The notes under the pieces are model-generated. The model was not told the origin of the DNA, made no database searches, and worked only from the letters and a program-made list of their open reading frames with translations. From NCBI GenBank assembly GCA_963976765.1, contig CAXBME010000021.1:124001-151673 (forward strand): 27,673 nucleotides of DNA, read 5' to 3'. The translations under genes were made by a program, and so were the position numbers. This document shows positions 1 through 9,203 of this stretch, piece after piece. Numbering within the stretch: position 1 is the first letter of the stretch; the number at the start of each line of letters is the position of its first letter. The DNA is from an uncultured Planctomycetaceae bacterium (GTDB taxonomy: Bacteria > Planctomycetota > Planctomycetia > Planctomycetales > Planctomycetaceae).

Positions 1-3000
1 AGCGATCAGAAGAATCTGCAGGGTGATCCCCGCAACCAGCACGGGACCATACCAGTGAGGATCGTCGGACAGATGCCAGTGTCCGCACAACAGGCCGATC
101 AACAGAAACAGTCCGCCCAGATAAGTGCCGACCACCGACTGCCGGTACTCGCGAGCGTAGACCGCGGTCAACGTCCAGCAGACTGATGTCACGCCGATGG
201 CGATCGACGTTTTCAGGCCGACTCCATCGTCGAACAGATTTTTCAACAGCACCCAGGTATCGATTCGGGTGATCAGGAACAGAGCCGACGCGACCAGCGG
301 CCACGTAAACAGCGTGTGGTCATAACGGCGAAGTGGAAACGGCGTACGGTCGAAGAACCGGTCGCCTTCTGAAAGATTTTTCAGAAACGAGGCCCCTCGC
401 AAAGGGAACGAAGCGACCAGCAGCCCCAGTGCGCTGCAGGCGCTTCCCAGCCCGGTACCCCAACTGAAACGTTCAAACGTCAAGCGGAAGTTGGCTCGCA
501 GTTCGGGAAACAGGATGATCACGATGGTCATCGCCATCATCGCCGGGATGAGCGATCGCGAGAAATATGTCGCTGCCACCAGCACGACCGCCATCAGCAA
601 CGGGCCCAGATAATCCATCCACGCGTGCAGCCAGTCCGCTCCGGCAACGGCGTCATGCTCGACGACGACTCGCAACAACATGCCGGCCACGGCCATCGCT
701 CCGTAGACCCAAAGCACCGTCGACCGAGCCCGCAGCAGCAGTTTCGAACGCGTGATTGCCAGCGTCGCCAGCCACAGAATCGACAGTACCGAAAGACCGA
801 ACACCAGCGTGTTGCCTTCCAGGCTGCGACCTTCCATGTCGACACAGCCAAGGTACAGCAGCGACATCGCCAGCACTGACATAGCGGAATGCACCCACCG
901 CAACTGGTTGTCCCGGAACGCTCGCCAGAAGAACCAGCCGACAATGATCAGCAGGCATTGTCCGGTATGAATCGGAGGCGTCTGGAATCGCCACTGACAT
1001 AGCGCGGCGACGATCGCCGTCAGCATCAGCACGGTCACCTGCATGCCCGTTGCCGTCTGGCTGATCGACTCGAAGTTACGAATTCGGAAGGCGTGGTGCA
1101 GTCCGCCCAGCAAGGCGGCCGCGATCAGTCCCAACGCCGGAAGCCACTCCTTCGGAAACGGATCGAGCATCCCCACAGACGCCACTGACAGCATCAGAAT
1201 CGTCAACCCGATCCATTCGTGGACTTTCGACCGACGGCCGAGCGACTGATAAATCCACACGGTGCCAGCCATCGCAAACGACAGCACGCGGATTTCCGGA
1301 TGAGTTGCTCCCATCAACGTGCCGAGCAGAATCAGCGCAAAGCCCAGAAAAGATTCGCCGCCCAGTTGCGACTGCCGACAGGTCAGAACTCGCGCGCGAC
1401 GCTCCATCAGCAGGACCAGCCAGCCCGTTGCGATGATCATCGGGGCGTAAGTCCAGACGTGAGGCAGATGTTTCAAGTATCCATGAACCCATCCGAAAAC
1501 CTGGACGAAGGTCACGACCAGCGTCGCCCCAAAGAACCAGGGAATGCGTTTTCCCTCAGCCATTTCGATGGTCAGCACGCTGCCCGAGAACCGGATCACC
1601 GACATGGCCAGTACGAGAAACCCCAGGTGAAAGCCCACTCCCATGATGACGTTGAGCTGTTCGCCGCCAACGCCAGCAAATGTCTGAGCCAGTGGGCCGA
1701 GCATTACCAGACTGTTGAGCAATAAAAGCGTTCCCCCGAGCAGCCAGGTCAGCGATTCGTGAATGAGGCCGCACCAGGTCTTCAACCCCCACGCTCCGAA
1801 TGACAGATAGACCGCGCCCAGCAAAGGAACGACCAGAAGTTTCTGCTCGACCTGCGGATCGTTCGACAAAAGGGCGACGGCCATAAAATTGATCGGCAGC
1901 AGTCCGGTGGCAGCACCTCGAAGAATGGCGGCGGTCCCTTCGAACTCTTTGTCCTGGCGTTCGACCCACGTTCCCATCGCCCCGAGCGCCCAGGTAAATC
2001 CGGCCAACAGAGTCGGCATGATCGTATATCGAACCGCCCAGTGCTTGTCCCAGGTGTACCATGCCAACAGCGAACTTCCGGCAATGACCATCAGCACGCC
2101 GGCCACCATGTACCAGTTCTCGACGAAAAACGGTTGCACGTGATCCCGCCAGACGGATGGCGGAGGCGGCAGCTTCGGCGGCGCGGGTTTGACCGGCGCG
2201 GTCGGCACGGCAGAGACCTTCGTAAGTGGAGCTTGTGGCGCAGCGTGGCGAGGCGTAGCGACGACCTGATCCAGCTCGACAGGCTCCATCGCGGCTGACA
2301 AGGCCACCGCCTTCGAAACAGATTCCGACACCGGCACCGCAACCGGCTCGTCGGGCAGGTAGTCGTCTTCGGTGACAAACTCGCCGCCGAACAGTCCACT
2401 TAATTCTTCGTCAGGGATGATTTCTTCCCAGCGCTCCGCAAAGCGGTCGGCATCGACGGCTGGAACATTCGCCTGGCACCAGTCTTCAAGCACGGCAACG
2501 GCGTCTGCCTCAGAATTCTGACGGCACCACAAAGACAGCAGTTCGACCGGACGCTGCTGTACAAACTGTGCGAATTCCTTCTGCTCGCGTTCCAGGCTCC
2601 AGCCACTTTGCATCAGCCAGTTTCTCCAGCCGGACCACCCCGAGAGATTTCTCGCTCCGACTCGAAGTGTGAAGATTAACGCCGCTCGTTCGCGATCCGA
2701 GTTCGACTGCAACGCCTCGTGCAGACGCTCAGCGACGTTTACTCGCGGCCAGGCACACAGCGCGTCGAGCCAACGACACCCGCCCTCGCCGCCGCTTCCG
2801 CCCTCCGCTCCGCTCGAAGATTCACGATACCGTTTCAGAAGCTCCGTCAGTACATCTTCGTCATCGAGTTCGGCTGCAATCGGCGTCGGCAAATTATCAA
2901 CGGCTTCTACGGCAGCGGCTTTGTCCGCCTGCTCCCGCTCAGCCAGCGTCGTTTCAAGACGATCCAGAACGGCCACTACAGCGGCATCTTCCGAACATTG

Positions 3001-3537
3001 TTGCCTCGACCGGTTGATCATGGCCCGCACAAGCCGACGGTCCCGAGGAAAGATTGCCTCGCCGGAATCAGTCAACCAGGACCGAATTTTTTCGTCCAGT
3101 CGCTCTGCCGTCTGAGGCGCTTTGCTTCGGCGTTCGGCGGCAAACCGGACATCCTTCGCCAAAGACAACGCACCGGCCAGTTGCTTCAGCGGGCGTGAAA
3201 AGCTCTCCCACCCCTGTTGCACATCGAGCGGCAGATCGGCAAGTAGTGGAAACTCTTCTTCTACCGACCGGGACGACGAAAGACGTTTGTCTCGACGAGC
3301 CGCGTGAAGCCTCGCCGCTTCCGTTTGCCTCGCCGCAGCCACCCGCGGAGCCATTGCAGCAATGGCCGGGTCACGGTGCGCGAGTAGGGCTGCGATCAAC
3401 TGCTCGCCATCAAGCGGCGGAGTCGATTCATCGGCGAGTCGGCCAAGAACCGGAAGCGAGTATTGAGAATTCAGCGTTCCGCTGGCGGTGTACCGAGCAA
3501 GCTGACTCAGCAGAATTCCGGAGTCGATATCTGTCAC
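1..3537 (-). CDS. Large polytopic membrane protein, >1179 aa, 3' end runs off the window (soluble N-terminal region, Pro-rich linker, many TM helices)
   Basis: Not in the ORF track, presumably because it has no stop in the window. Manual translation of the minus frame found no stop in 2341-2700 or 3001-3537, nor in spot checks of 1-2340. GTG start at 3537 with GGAGGT upstream (3541-3546); upstream in-frame stop at 3586-3588. Hydrophobic segments include FFVENWYMVAGVLMVIAGSSLLAWYTW (~2050-2130) and PHWYGPVLVAGITLQILLIA (1-60). Confidence 0.8.
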   Translation of the reverse strand, partial: MTDIDSGILLSQLARYTASGTLNSQYSLPVLGRLADESTPPLDGEQLIAALLAHRDPAIAAMAPRVAAARQTEAARLHAARRDKRLSSSRSVEEEFPLLADLPLDVQQGWESFSRPLKQLAGALSLAKDVRFAAERRSKAPQTAERLDEKIRSWLTDSGEAIFPRDRRLVRAMINRSRQQCSEDAAVVAVLDRLETTLAEREQADKAAAVEAVDNLPTPIAAELDDEDVLTELLKRYRESSSGAEGGSGGEGGCRWLDALCAWPRVNVAERLHEALQSNSDRERAALIFTLRVGARNLSGWSGWRNWLMQSGWSLEREQKEFAQFVQQRPVELLSLWCRQNSEADAVAVLEDWCQANVPAVDADRFAERWEEIIPDEELSGLFGGEFVTEDDYLPDEPVAVPVSESVSKAVALSAAMEPVELDQVVATPRHAAPQAPLTKVSAVPTAPVKPAPPKLPPPPSVWRDHVQPFFVENWYMVAGVLMVIAGSSLLAWYTWDKHWAVRYTIMPTLLAGFTWALGAMGTWVERQDKEFEGTAAILRGAATGLLPINFMAVALLSNDPQVEQKLLVVPLLGAVYLSFGAWGLKTWCGLIHESLTWLLGGTLLLLNSLVMLGPLAQTFAGVGGEQLNVIMGVGFHLGFLVLAMSVIRFSGSVLTIEMAEGKRIPWFFGATLVVTFVQVFGWVHGYLKHLPHVWTYAPMIIATGWLVLLMERRARVLTCRQSQLGGESFLGFALILLGTLMGATHPEIRVLSFAMAGTVWIYQSLGRRSKVHEWIGLTILMLSVASVGMLDPFPKEWLPALGLIAAALLGGLHHAFRIRNFESISQTATGMQVTVLMLTAIVAALCQWRFQTPPIHTGQCLLIIVGWFFWRAFRDNQLRWVHSAMSVLAMSLLYLGCVDMEGRSLEGNTLVFGLSVLSILWLATLAITRSKLLLRARSTVLWVYGAMAVAGMLLRVVVEHDAVAGADWLHAWMDYLGPLLMAVVLVAATYFSRSLIPAMMAMTIVIILFPELRANFRLTFERFSWGTGLGSACSALGLLVASFPLRGASFLKNLSEGDRFFDRTPFPLRRYDHTLFTWPLVASALFLITRIDTWVLLKNLFDDGVGLKTSIAIGVTSVCWTLTAVYAREYRQSVVGTYLGGLFLLIGLLCGHWHLSDDPHWYGPVLVAGITLQILLIA

Positions 3538-3937
3538 GAGACCTCCCGTTCTGGTGTTCTCGAATGAGCGTATCAGCAGGACCGTTCAGCCAACAGAAAC
3601 GACGACGAAAATGTTCGACCAGGAAATGCAGCCGCTCATGGCATGAACTCATCGCGACTCTTCAAAACCCTGACCGCCCCGGCTGCAAACCTGTATCCAC
3701 CAATCAAAACCGAGAGCCCGACTTCGGAACAACGAGCACGAGAACACCAAATCTCTATCGAAACAGGCCGGCACGCCGAGGGGCGACAACAATTTAGAGA
3801 TATAACGCGCCCGGCCACGACCAATTGAAAAATCCACCCGTCGAGAGACGGCATTCATCCTGCTCAGTCAAGGAATCATGGTACAGCGGCACTCCGGCGG
3901 CACGTCGAGAACGCTCGGTCCAGCCCCCCCTGCAACT

Positions 3938-4990
3938 TCATGTGCCAGCCTGGCCAGTGACGGTGACGGCTTTCTGATCGACAGCAAAAGAGGAATGCTG
4001 CTGGATCCGGCAGGCGAGCTCTCGATAATCAGGGCGATCTGAAGAACGTTCGTGCTGAAATCCATCAAGAATTCGGCCGCTGGAGTAAAGGAAAACACCG
4101 GGCATCTGCAACGCGTTGCCCCTCAGTCCGCCGAAGCCATGCCCTCGAAAGATGGCTGCGATAAAACCTCGCATCCAGACTGTCGGCCCGAGCAGTTCGG
4201 AAATTCGCCCCATGCTCAAACCAAACTGACGATAGAGTCGACATGCCGGGTCCGCGATACGTGGCAGATCGGCGACTGAATACCTGGCAAAAATACTATC
4301 GTCGCGCAGATTTTCTCCGAGATGCACCAGAACGATACCACAACCACTGGCCTCGATTTCAGACCGCTGAGCCTCAAGGTCAGCGAGTGATTCCCGGCAA
4401 AACGTGCAGCCAGCATGACGAAGAAAAACGACAAGCTGCGGTCGTTCGCTGGCAAGATCGTCGAGAAGCTTGCCCGTATTCGTCTTTAGTTCACGCAGAG
4501 GGTCATCAGCCTCGTCCATCTGATAAGCCGAGCCAATGCCCTGGTTAAAGCGAATCGCGCCCCACAGAATTGCGATGAACGGAGGCATCCAGATCAAGTC
4601 AGTTGCCAGAACTGTCCAGCCAAACGAAACCGGTACCGTTCCCATGATCAGAGCTGTCGCGAAGCCTGTTGCGCCTGCTACTTTTGCCAGCAGCCCCAGA
4701 AAAACCAGCGGCCAGAACCGGAAGGGATCGCGAGCCGCAATCAGATAACCAATTCCGTAAACGCCAACAATCACTCCGGCAGATTTCGAGGCCAGAGAGT
4801 ATTGGGCCTGTGCAGCAATCGCAGACCAGCCGGGAATCTGATCCGGGGCAAGCACAACGATCATTCCGCAGACAAGGTTGTAAATGCCCGCAGCCAGAAG
4901 GACCGTTTTCATCCAGGGGCAAGCTGAAAGGTTGTCGTTCACTCCTGCCCTTCCCAGCTGGCGCCGCCGTAGCCTCAAAAACGAATGCAC
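3938..4990 (-). CDS. Membrane-anchored peroxiredoxin-like (AhpC/TSA, SelL-related) redox protein; true start may be later (~4942 or ~4912)
   Basis: About four N-terminal hydrophobic helices, then a thioredoxin-fold domain with LVVFLRHAGCTFCRE (CxxC), ADPACRLYRQFGL and QMPGVF motifs. Confidence 0.8.
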   Translation of the reverse strand: MHSFLRLRRRQLGRAGVNDNLSACPWMKTVLLAAGIYNLVCGMIVVLAPDQIPGWSAIAAQAQYSLASKSAGVIVGVYGIGYLIAARDPFRFWPLVFLGLLAKVAGATGFATALIMGTVPVSFGWTVLATDLIWMPPFIAILWGAIRFNQGIGSAYQMDEADDPLRELKTNTGKLLDDLASERPQLVVFLRHAGCTFCRESLADLEAQRSEIEASGCGIVLVHLGENLRDDSIFARYSVADLPRIADPACRLYRQFGLSMGRISELLGPTVWMRGFIAAIFRGHGFGGLRGNALQMPGVFLYSSGRILDGFQHERSSDRPDYRELACRIQQHSSFAVDQKAVTVTGQAGT

Positions 4991-5074
4991 TGTCAGCGTT
5001 CTCGCATCATGCTGCCACGGACGATGCCACTCAGCAAGTCGAACAGCAACTCAGCAGTCATTCGTAGACGTTTA

Positions 5075-5998
5075 CTACCCCGGAGCAAAGGTCGATTCAA
5101 ACGGTCTGGCAATTTCGCCGAGCTTTTCAAGTGCTCTCTGATAAAGCTGCCGAACCCGCTCCTTGCTCAATCCGAGTTGTTCTCCCAGGCTTGTGTACGT
5201 CTTGCAGTCGCCCGTTCCGTCAAGCCCGAATCGGCCACGAATGATGAAGCTCTCCCGCTCGTCGAGAGCAATGTCGATTTTCGAAATTATAGCGGCCGTG
5301 GCTGCCTTGATCTCAGCTTCCGAAATTTCATCAGAGCCGTCATCCACCTGAAGTTCGCAGCTCAACAGGTCCGGCTCGCAGGCAAACTCTCTCGCTGCTC
5401 GCTTTTTGCGACGCTCGATAAACCGGTACAGATGCCTCTGCACGGCGTGCGTCAGGTACGTACTGAATCGATATCCGCGTGAGTAATCGAACTTGTCGAT
5501 AGCGTACATCAGAATTCCGTTTCCCTCGGCTACGAACTCATCGAATTCGTCTCGTGACAGTGACAACCTGCCCGCGATCGAAACCACGAGTCGCAGGTTG
5601 GCTCGTGTCAGTTCTTCACGAACGTTGCTGACCTCTGCAAGCAACCGTTCAATTTCTCGTAATTTCTTCTTCGCCGAGCGTTTTGAATTCAGGGTCATTT
5701 GAATCGCATTCGCCTTGAATCTCAGAAAATTCAGGCGTTTGAACAAATGCTGCTCCCCTTCGAAAGTCAGCAACTGGCAATGCTCCAACGCCGAGAGCAG
5801 CGAAGCATTCAGCATGTTCCGATCAAGCGATCGAGCAGGCTGTTCTTCAGTCTGGTAAAGGTCGACGTCTCCAGCCGCCAAATCCTGCTCGGTTGTCTTT
5901 TCAAATGTCTCGTTGGGAATAAAGGCAATTTGCCTTTCCATCGCCCCCGCCCTGTTTCGCGGATGTGCATTTTCTTCTTCTGTCGCAAAATTGGCCAT
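5075..5998 (-). CDS. Sigma-70 family RNA polymerase sigma factor (alternative, not primary)
   Basis: Region 2: RANLRLVVSIA...AEGNGILMYAIDKFDYSRGYRFSTY. Region 4: LDERESFIIRGRFGL...LGEQLGLSKERVRQLYQRALEKL. G-rich RBS-like sequence upstream on the minus strand. Confidence 0.92.
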   Translation of the reverse strand: MANFATEEENAHPRNRAGAMERQIAFIPNETFEKTTEQDLAAGDVDLYQTEEQPARSLDRNMLNASLLSALEHCQLLTFEGEQHLFKRLNFLRFKANAIQMTLNSKRSAKKKLREIERLLAEVSNVREELTRANLRLVVSIAGRLSLSRDEFDEFVAEGNGILMYAIDKFDYSRGYRFSTYLTHAVQRHLYRFIERRKKRAAREFACEPDLLSCELQVDDGSDEISEAEIKAATAAIISKIDIALDERESFIIRGRFGLDGTGDCKTYTSLGEQLGLSKERVRQLYQRALEKLGEIARPFESTFAPG

Positions 5999-6122
5999 CC
6001 CACCCCCTTAAAACGTCTACAACAATCAACACGAGACAATCATAACTCCAACATAAACCGTCATTAGACCAAAACAATAACCTAAAAACAGCCAAAACAT
6101 CCACTCCGCGACAGAACAAAGA

Positions 6123-6614
6123 ATGACGACAAGAGAATTCTCGTTACAGACAACCTGCTGGCTGCCACTTCCTCGTAAGGATGTATTTTGCTTCTTCCCA
6201 AATTCGTTAACACTGGAACCAATGACCCTTCCCTGGCTGAAGTTCCGAGTCCTGACGCCACAACCGATCTCAATGCAGAAAGGAACACACATTGATTACC
6301 GGTTGCGATTGCACGGGTCCCCTGTTTTCTGGACAACAGAAATCACCGACTGGTGCCCGCCGGTCAGTTTTCAGGACTCCCAGGTACGGGGCCCTTACTC
6401 GCTTTGGATACACACCCACACGTTCGAGGAAATCGACGGCGGGACGCTGGTTGGGGACCAGGTTCGATACCGAGTGTCTGGCGGAGCACTCGTCCATTCA
6501 CTTTTCGTGAAGCGTGATCTGCACCGGATTTTCAGATTCCGACACGAACAACTGCCGAAGCTCCTGGGAATCGAGACTACTGATTGCAAACTCGGAGCCA
6601 TCGACATCAACTGA
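6123..6614 (+). CDS. SRPBCC (START-like) family ligand-binding protein
   Basis: VFCFF..NSL..MTLPWLKF, G..IDYRLRLHG.PV.WTTEIT.W.PP..F.D.QV.GPY..W.HTHTFEE..GGT...D.V.Y pattern typical of SRPBCC proteins. Confidence 0.88.
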   Translation: MTTREFSLQTTCWLPLPRKDVFCFFPNSLTLEPMTLPWLKFRVLTPQPISMQKGTHIDYRLRLHGSPVFWTTEITDWCPPVSFQDSQVRGPYSLWIHTHTFEEIDGGTLVGDQVRYRVSGGALVHSLFVKRDLHRIFRFRHEQLPKLLGIETTDCKLGAIDIN

Positions 6615-6932
6615 TCTGGATGTCCGTTCCTGCGTCGGCAACGCATCTGAGAGTGCAATCCTGCATGTATTTGGCGACGCAGGCCACCTGTCGTTGCCCC
6701 TGAGATTTCCGACATCATTGACGAAAAAGAAAAACCGCGACGGAATCAGTCAGTCGGGCCAAACTGAAACTGATCCGCGTCGCGGCAAGTCGATTTCTCG
6801 ACCCGACATTGTTTATAGACCGCTGGATTGGCCTGGCCAGAATAATTTTGACGCCCTGCACGACTTCGAGCTTGCGAACTAATAACGTGCACCCTCTTGT
6901 CAGCCCCGCAGGATCGTGATCACCTGAAACCG

Positions 6933-7838
6933 ATGCCAAAACACACATCTCCGAAGCAGGTTGCCCGCGCGATCGGCGTGAGTGAATCCACACTCAAACG
7001 CTGGTGTGACAGCGGTCTGATCTCGATGACGAAAACTGCCGGCGGGCATCGACGGATCGAGATCGAGGCCGTCATCCGATTCCTTCGCCAAAACGGTCGC
7101 GAGCTTGTCGAACCGGAACTGCTGGGACTGCCCGTGACGGCAGGCAAGACTGCGTGGACACTCAACCGTGCAACAGACCGTCTGATTGCTGCACTGATCG
7201 CCGGCGAAGAAGCTGTCGTTCGTCAACTCGTTTTCGACCTGCTTCTTGCAAACCATTCACCGACGGCAATTGCAGATGATGTGGTCACACCGGCGATGCA
7301 TCGAATCGGTGAACAATGGAGCTGCGGAGATGTCGCGATTTATCAGGAACGTCGCGCCTGTGAAATCTGCATTCGAGTGATTCACGAGCTTCAACAGTCT
7401 TCAACCTGCCGGCAGGCGCAATCGCCCGAGGCAATCGGAGGAACGATCGAAGCAGATTTCTACACGATCCCCGTCGCCCTGGCGGAAACCGTACTTACGT
7501 CGGTTGGCTGGCACGCCACAACACTCGGCACAAACCTCCCTTTCAACACGTTGTGCCAGGCCCTCGAAATGTCTCGACCAAGACTGATATGGCTGAGCGT
7601 TTCCCACATTGCCGACAACGAGCAGTTTGTCGCGGGCGTCAATCAATTATTTCAGACTGCCCTTGAATCAGCGACAGCGCTGGCGATCGGAGGCCAGGCC
7701 GTTTCCGAGCCACTCCGACGTCAGATCCAGTACACCGTTTTTTGCGAAACTTTCAGAGATCTGGAGCGGTTCGCACGATCGCTCCATCCGGTGCCAGGCA
7801 CTCCAACACCTCCGCCTGTTGATGCCTCTGATTCCTGA
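6933..7838 (+). CDS. MerR-type HTH regulator with B12-binding-like domains (CarH/LitR-like)
   Basis: N-terminal SPKQVARAIGVSESTLKRWCDSG...TAGGHRRI HTH, four-helix cap (PAMHRIGEQW..G), Rossmann B12-like domain (GW....LGTNLP, WLSVS, GGQA). ATG at 6933 preferred over TTG at 6897. Confidence 0.88.
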   Translation: MPKHTSPKQVARAIGVSESTLKRWCDSGLISMTKTAGGHRRIEIEAVIRFLRQNGRELVEPELLGLPVTAGKTAWTLNRATDRLIAALIAGEEAVVRQLVFDLLLANHSPTAIADDVVTPAMHRIGEQWSCGDVAIYQERRACEICIRVIHELQQSSTCRQAQSPEAIGGTIEADFYTIPVALAETVLTSVGWHATTLGTNLPFNTLCQALEMSRPRLIWLSVSHIADNEQFVAGVNQLFQTALESATALAIGGQAVSEPLRRQIQYTVFCETFRDLERFARSLHPVPGTPTPPPVDASDS

Positions 7839-8168
7839 ATCTGCTCTCATTGCACGGTCGCATCAGCAATCATTGCCGCGACCGCCCCGGCCGCTTCCTT
7901 CGATGACCGCACTGATCTGCAACGAGCGGATTCCAAGCGACTTTTTTCAATGGCGGATCGCATCGGGAACGACGAAGCACCTCGTATCGGCGAAACGACC
8001 GCACAACTTCGACCATCACCGAATCCTTTCAAACGTGATTCCGAATGGCGGCATCCACGATAGCATCGACTGATCTTATCGCCCGGAGAAGTCGACAGCA
8101 GAAATCCAAAGTGTGTTATTCGCCGCGATAGCTCCGCCTCGGAGAAACAAAAGCCGTCACCGGCGCAC

Positions 8169-8255
8169 GAAAAAAGCCAGAAACCCTTTGGGGCTACTGG
8201 CTTTAGTGAAATGGGCGGAGGCGGGATCGAACCGCCGACACCAGGATTTTCAATC
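8169..8255. repeat. Attachment site, left copy (displaced 3' 44 nt of tRNA-Phe at 8212-8255 plus its terminator)
   Basis: GAAAAAAGCCAG...CCAGGATTTTCAATC is identical over 87 bp to 17395-17481; identity ends just past the anticodon loop. Confidence 0.97.
8170..8204 (-). terminator. Intrinsic terminator downstream of the tRNA 3' fragment
   Basis: Minus strand AAAGCCAG-TAGCCC-CAAA-GGGTTT-CTGGC-TTTTTT: hairpin followed by a U tract. Confidence 0.7.
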
Positions 8256-8531
8256 GTCGTGTCAGACACTCCCGGAACCGGCGCAAGTGTTGAGTCAGTC
8301 GACGGTTCCGCGATGCTCTCCAGCAAGCCGAAAACCAGCGCGCAGCAGATAGCGCAGCACGAACGCTCAACAGGGGCGGAGGATGTTGAGTTTCCGGATG
8401 TCCGGAAACTTTCTGGAAACGATCCGACGCTTCGGTTGCTGGTCGAAGTCTGGAGTGAGTTGCCTGACTCTGTGCAGAGTCAGATCCTGCGACTAGCCGA
8501 TGTGTCGGTTGCTGACTTCAACCGGGATTGA
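8211..8531 (+). CDS. Stranded C-terminal segment of the integrase (in frame with int across the att repeat)
   Basis: First 15 codons (MGGGGIEPPTPGFSI) are the same att-encoded peptide found at the end of 16186-17499. The frame stays open for 91 more codons and ends in an amphipathic helical motif, DPTLRLLVEVWSELPDSVQSQILRLA. Confidence 0.6.
   Translation: MGGGGIEPPTPGFSIVVSDTPGTGASVESVDGSAMLSSKPKTSAQQIAQHERSTGAEDVEFPDVRKLSGNDPTLRLLVEVWSELPDSVQSQILRLADVSVADFNRD
8338..8359 (+). promoter_or_regulatory. Putative integrase arm-type binding sites (tandem GCGCAGCA), left end
   Basis: GCGCGCAGCAGATAGCGCAGCA matches 17298-17319 at 21/22 positions; both copies lie just inside the element ends. Confidence 0.7.
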
Positions 8532-8545
8532 CCGTCTCGCCAGAC

Positions 8546-8593
8546 TGTTACAGAATGTCGGGGCTTTTTGATAACTCCCGACAACGTGTAACA
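8546..8593. promoter_or_regulatory. Inverted-repeat operator upstream of abiEi
   Basis: TGTTACA-gaa-TGTCGGG-N14-CCCGACA-acg-TGTAACA with both arm pairs symmetric about one centre, 10 bp before the ATG. AbiEi proteins are known to autorepress through long inverted repeats. Confidence 0.75.
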
Positions 8594-8603
8594 CGGCAAG
8601 ACG

Positions 8604-9203
8604 ATGAATGATCACACTTCGCGAGTGTTGCGACTGGTGAGTGACGCGGGCGTTCTGCGCCCCCGCGATCTCGACGCGCATCAGATCCCGCGAGAATATC
8701 TGATTCGGCTTTACCGCCGTGGCGTGCTGGAGCGGACCGGTCGCGGGCTGTATGTTCTGGCGGACTCTGAACCGACGGAACACCAGACACTGGCCGAAGC
8801 CTGCAAGCGTGTGCCGCGAGGCGTTGTCTGTCTGCTGTCCGCTCTACAGTTTCACGGTCTGACGACTCAGGCCCCGTTTGAAGTCTGGCTGGCCATTGGT
8901 GAGCGGGACAGGCGTCCGACAGTTCGTTACCCACCGCTGCGGATCGTCCGCTTCTCCGGCGCGGCTCTGAGCTTCGGCATTCAGGAAACCACACTCCAGA
9001 ACGTGCCCGCGCGCGTGTACTCGCCCGCAAAGACCGTGGCCGACTGCTTCAAGTACCGCAACAAGATCGGCCTGGACGTGGCGATTGAAGCGCTGCGCGA
9101 TACCTGGCGACAGAAGCGAGCGACGATGGATGAGCTGCAAACGGCGGCGAAAGTCTGTCGAGTCGCCAATGTCATGCGTCCGTATCTGGAGTCCGTGACA
9201 TGA
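8604..9203 (+). CDS. abiEi: Type IV toxin-antitoxin antitoxin, AbiEi-family transcriptional regulator
   Basis: N-terminal wHTH (GVLERTGRGLY), then GVVCLLSALQFHGLTTQ.P..VWLAI and YSPAKTVADCFKYRNKIGLDVAIEALR. Overlaps the toxin start (ATGA). Confidence 0.93.
   Translation: MNDHTSRVLRLVSDAGVLRPRDLDAHQIPREYLIRLYRRGVLERTGRGLYVLADSEPTEHQTLAEACKRVPRGVVCLLSALQFHGLTTQAPFEVWLAIGERDRRPTVRYPPLRIVRFSGAALSFGIQETTLQNVPARVYSPAKTVADCFKYRNKIGLDVAIEALRDTWRQKRATMDELQTAAKVCRVANVMRPYLESVT

Noticed and set aside
567..3797. Many short ORFs on both strands
   Set aside because: Shadow frames of the long minus-strand membrane protein gene in GC-rich DNA.
6010..6120. CarH-type operator (11 bp TnnACA repeats) in the A/C-rich divergent intergenic region
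   Set aside because: ACA-containing hexamers occur but spacing is irregular and composition could explain them.
8212..8255. Second tRNA-Phe gene
   Set aside because: Only the 3' 44 nt are present; no D arm or 5' acceptor strand. It is the att duplicate.
7847..8326. 159 aa minus-strand ORF sharing IENPGVGGSIPPPP with ORF 17250-17591
   Set aside because: The shared peptide is just translated tRNA/att DNA; no independent coding evidence.
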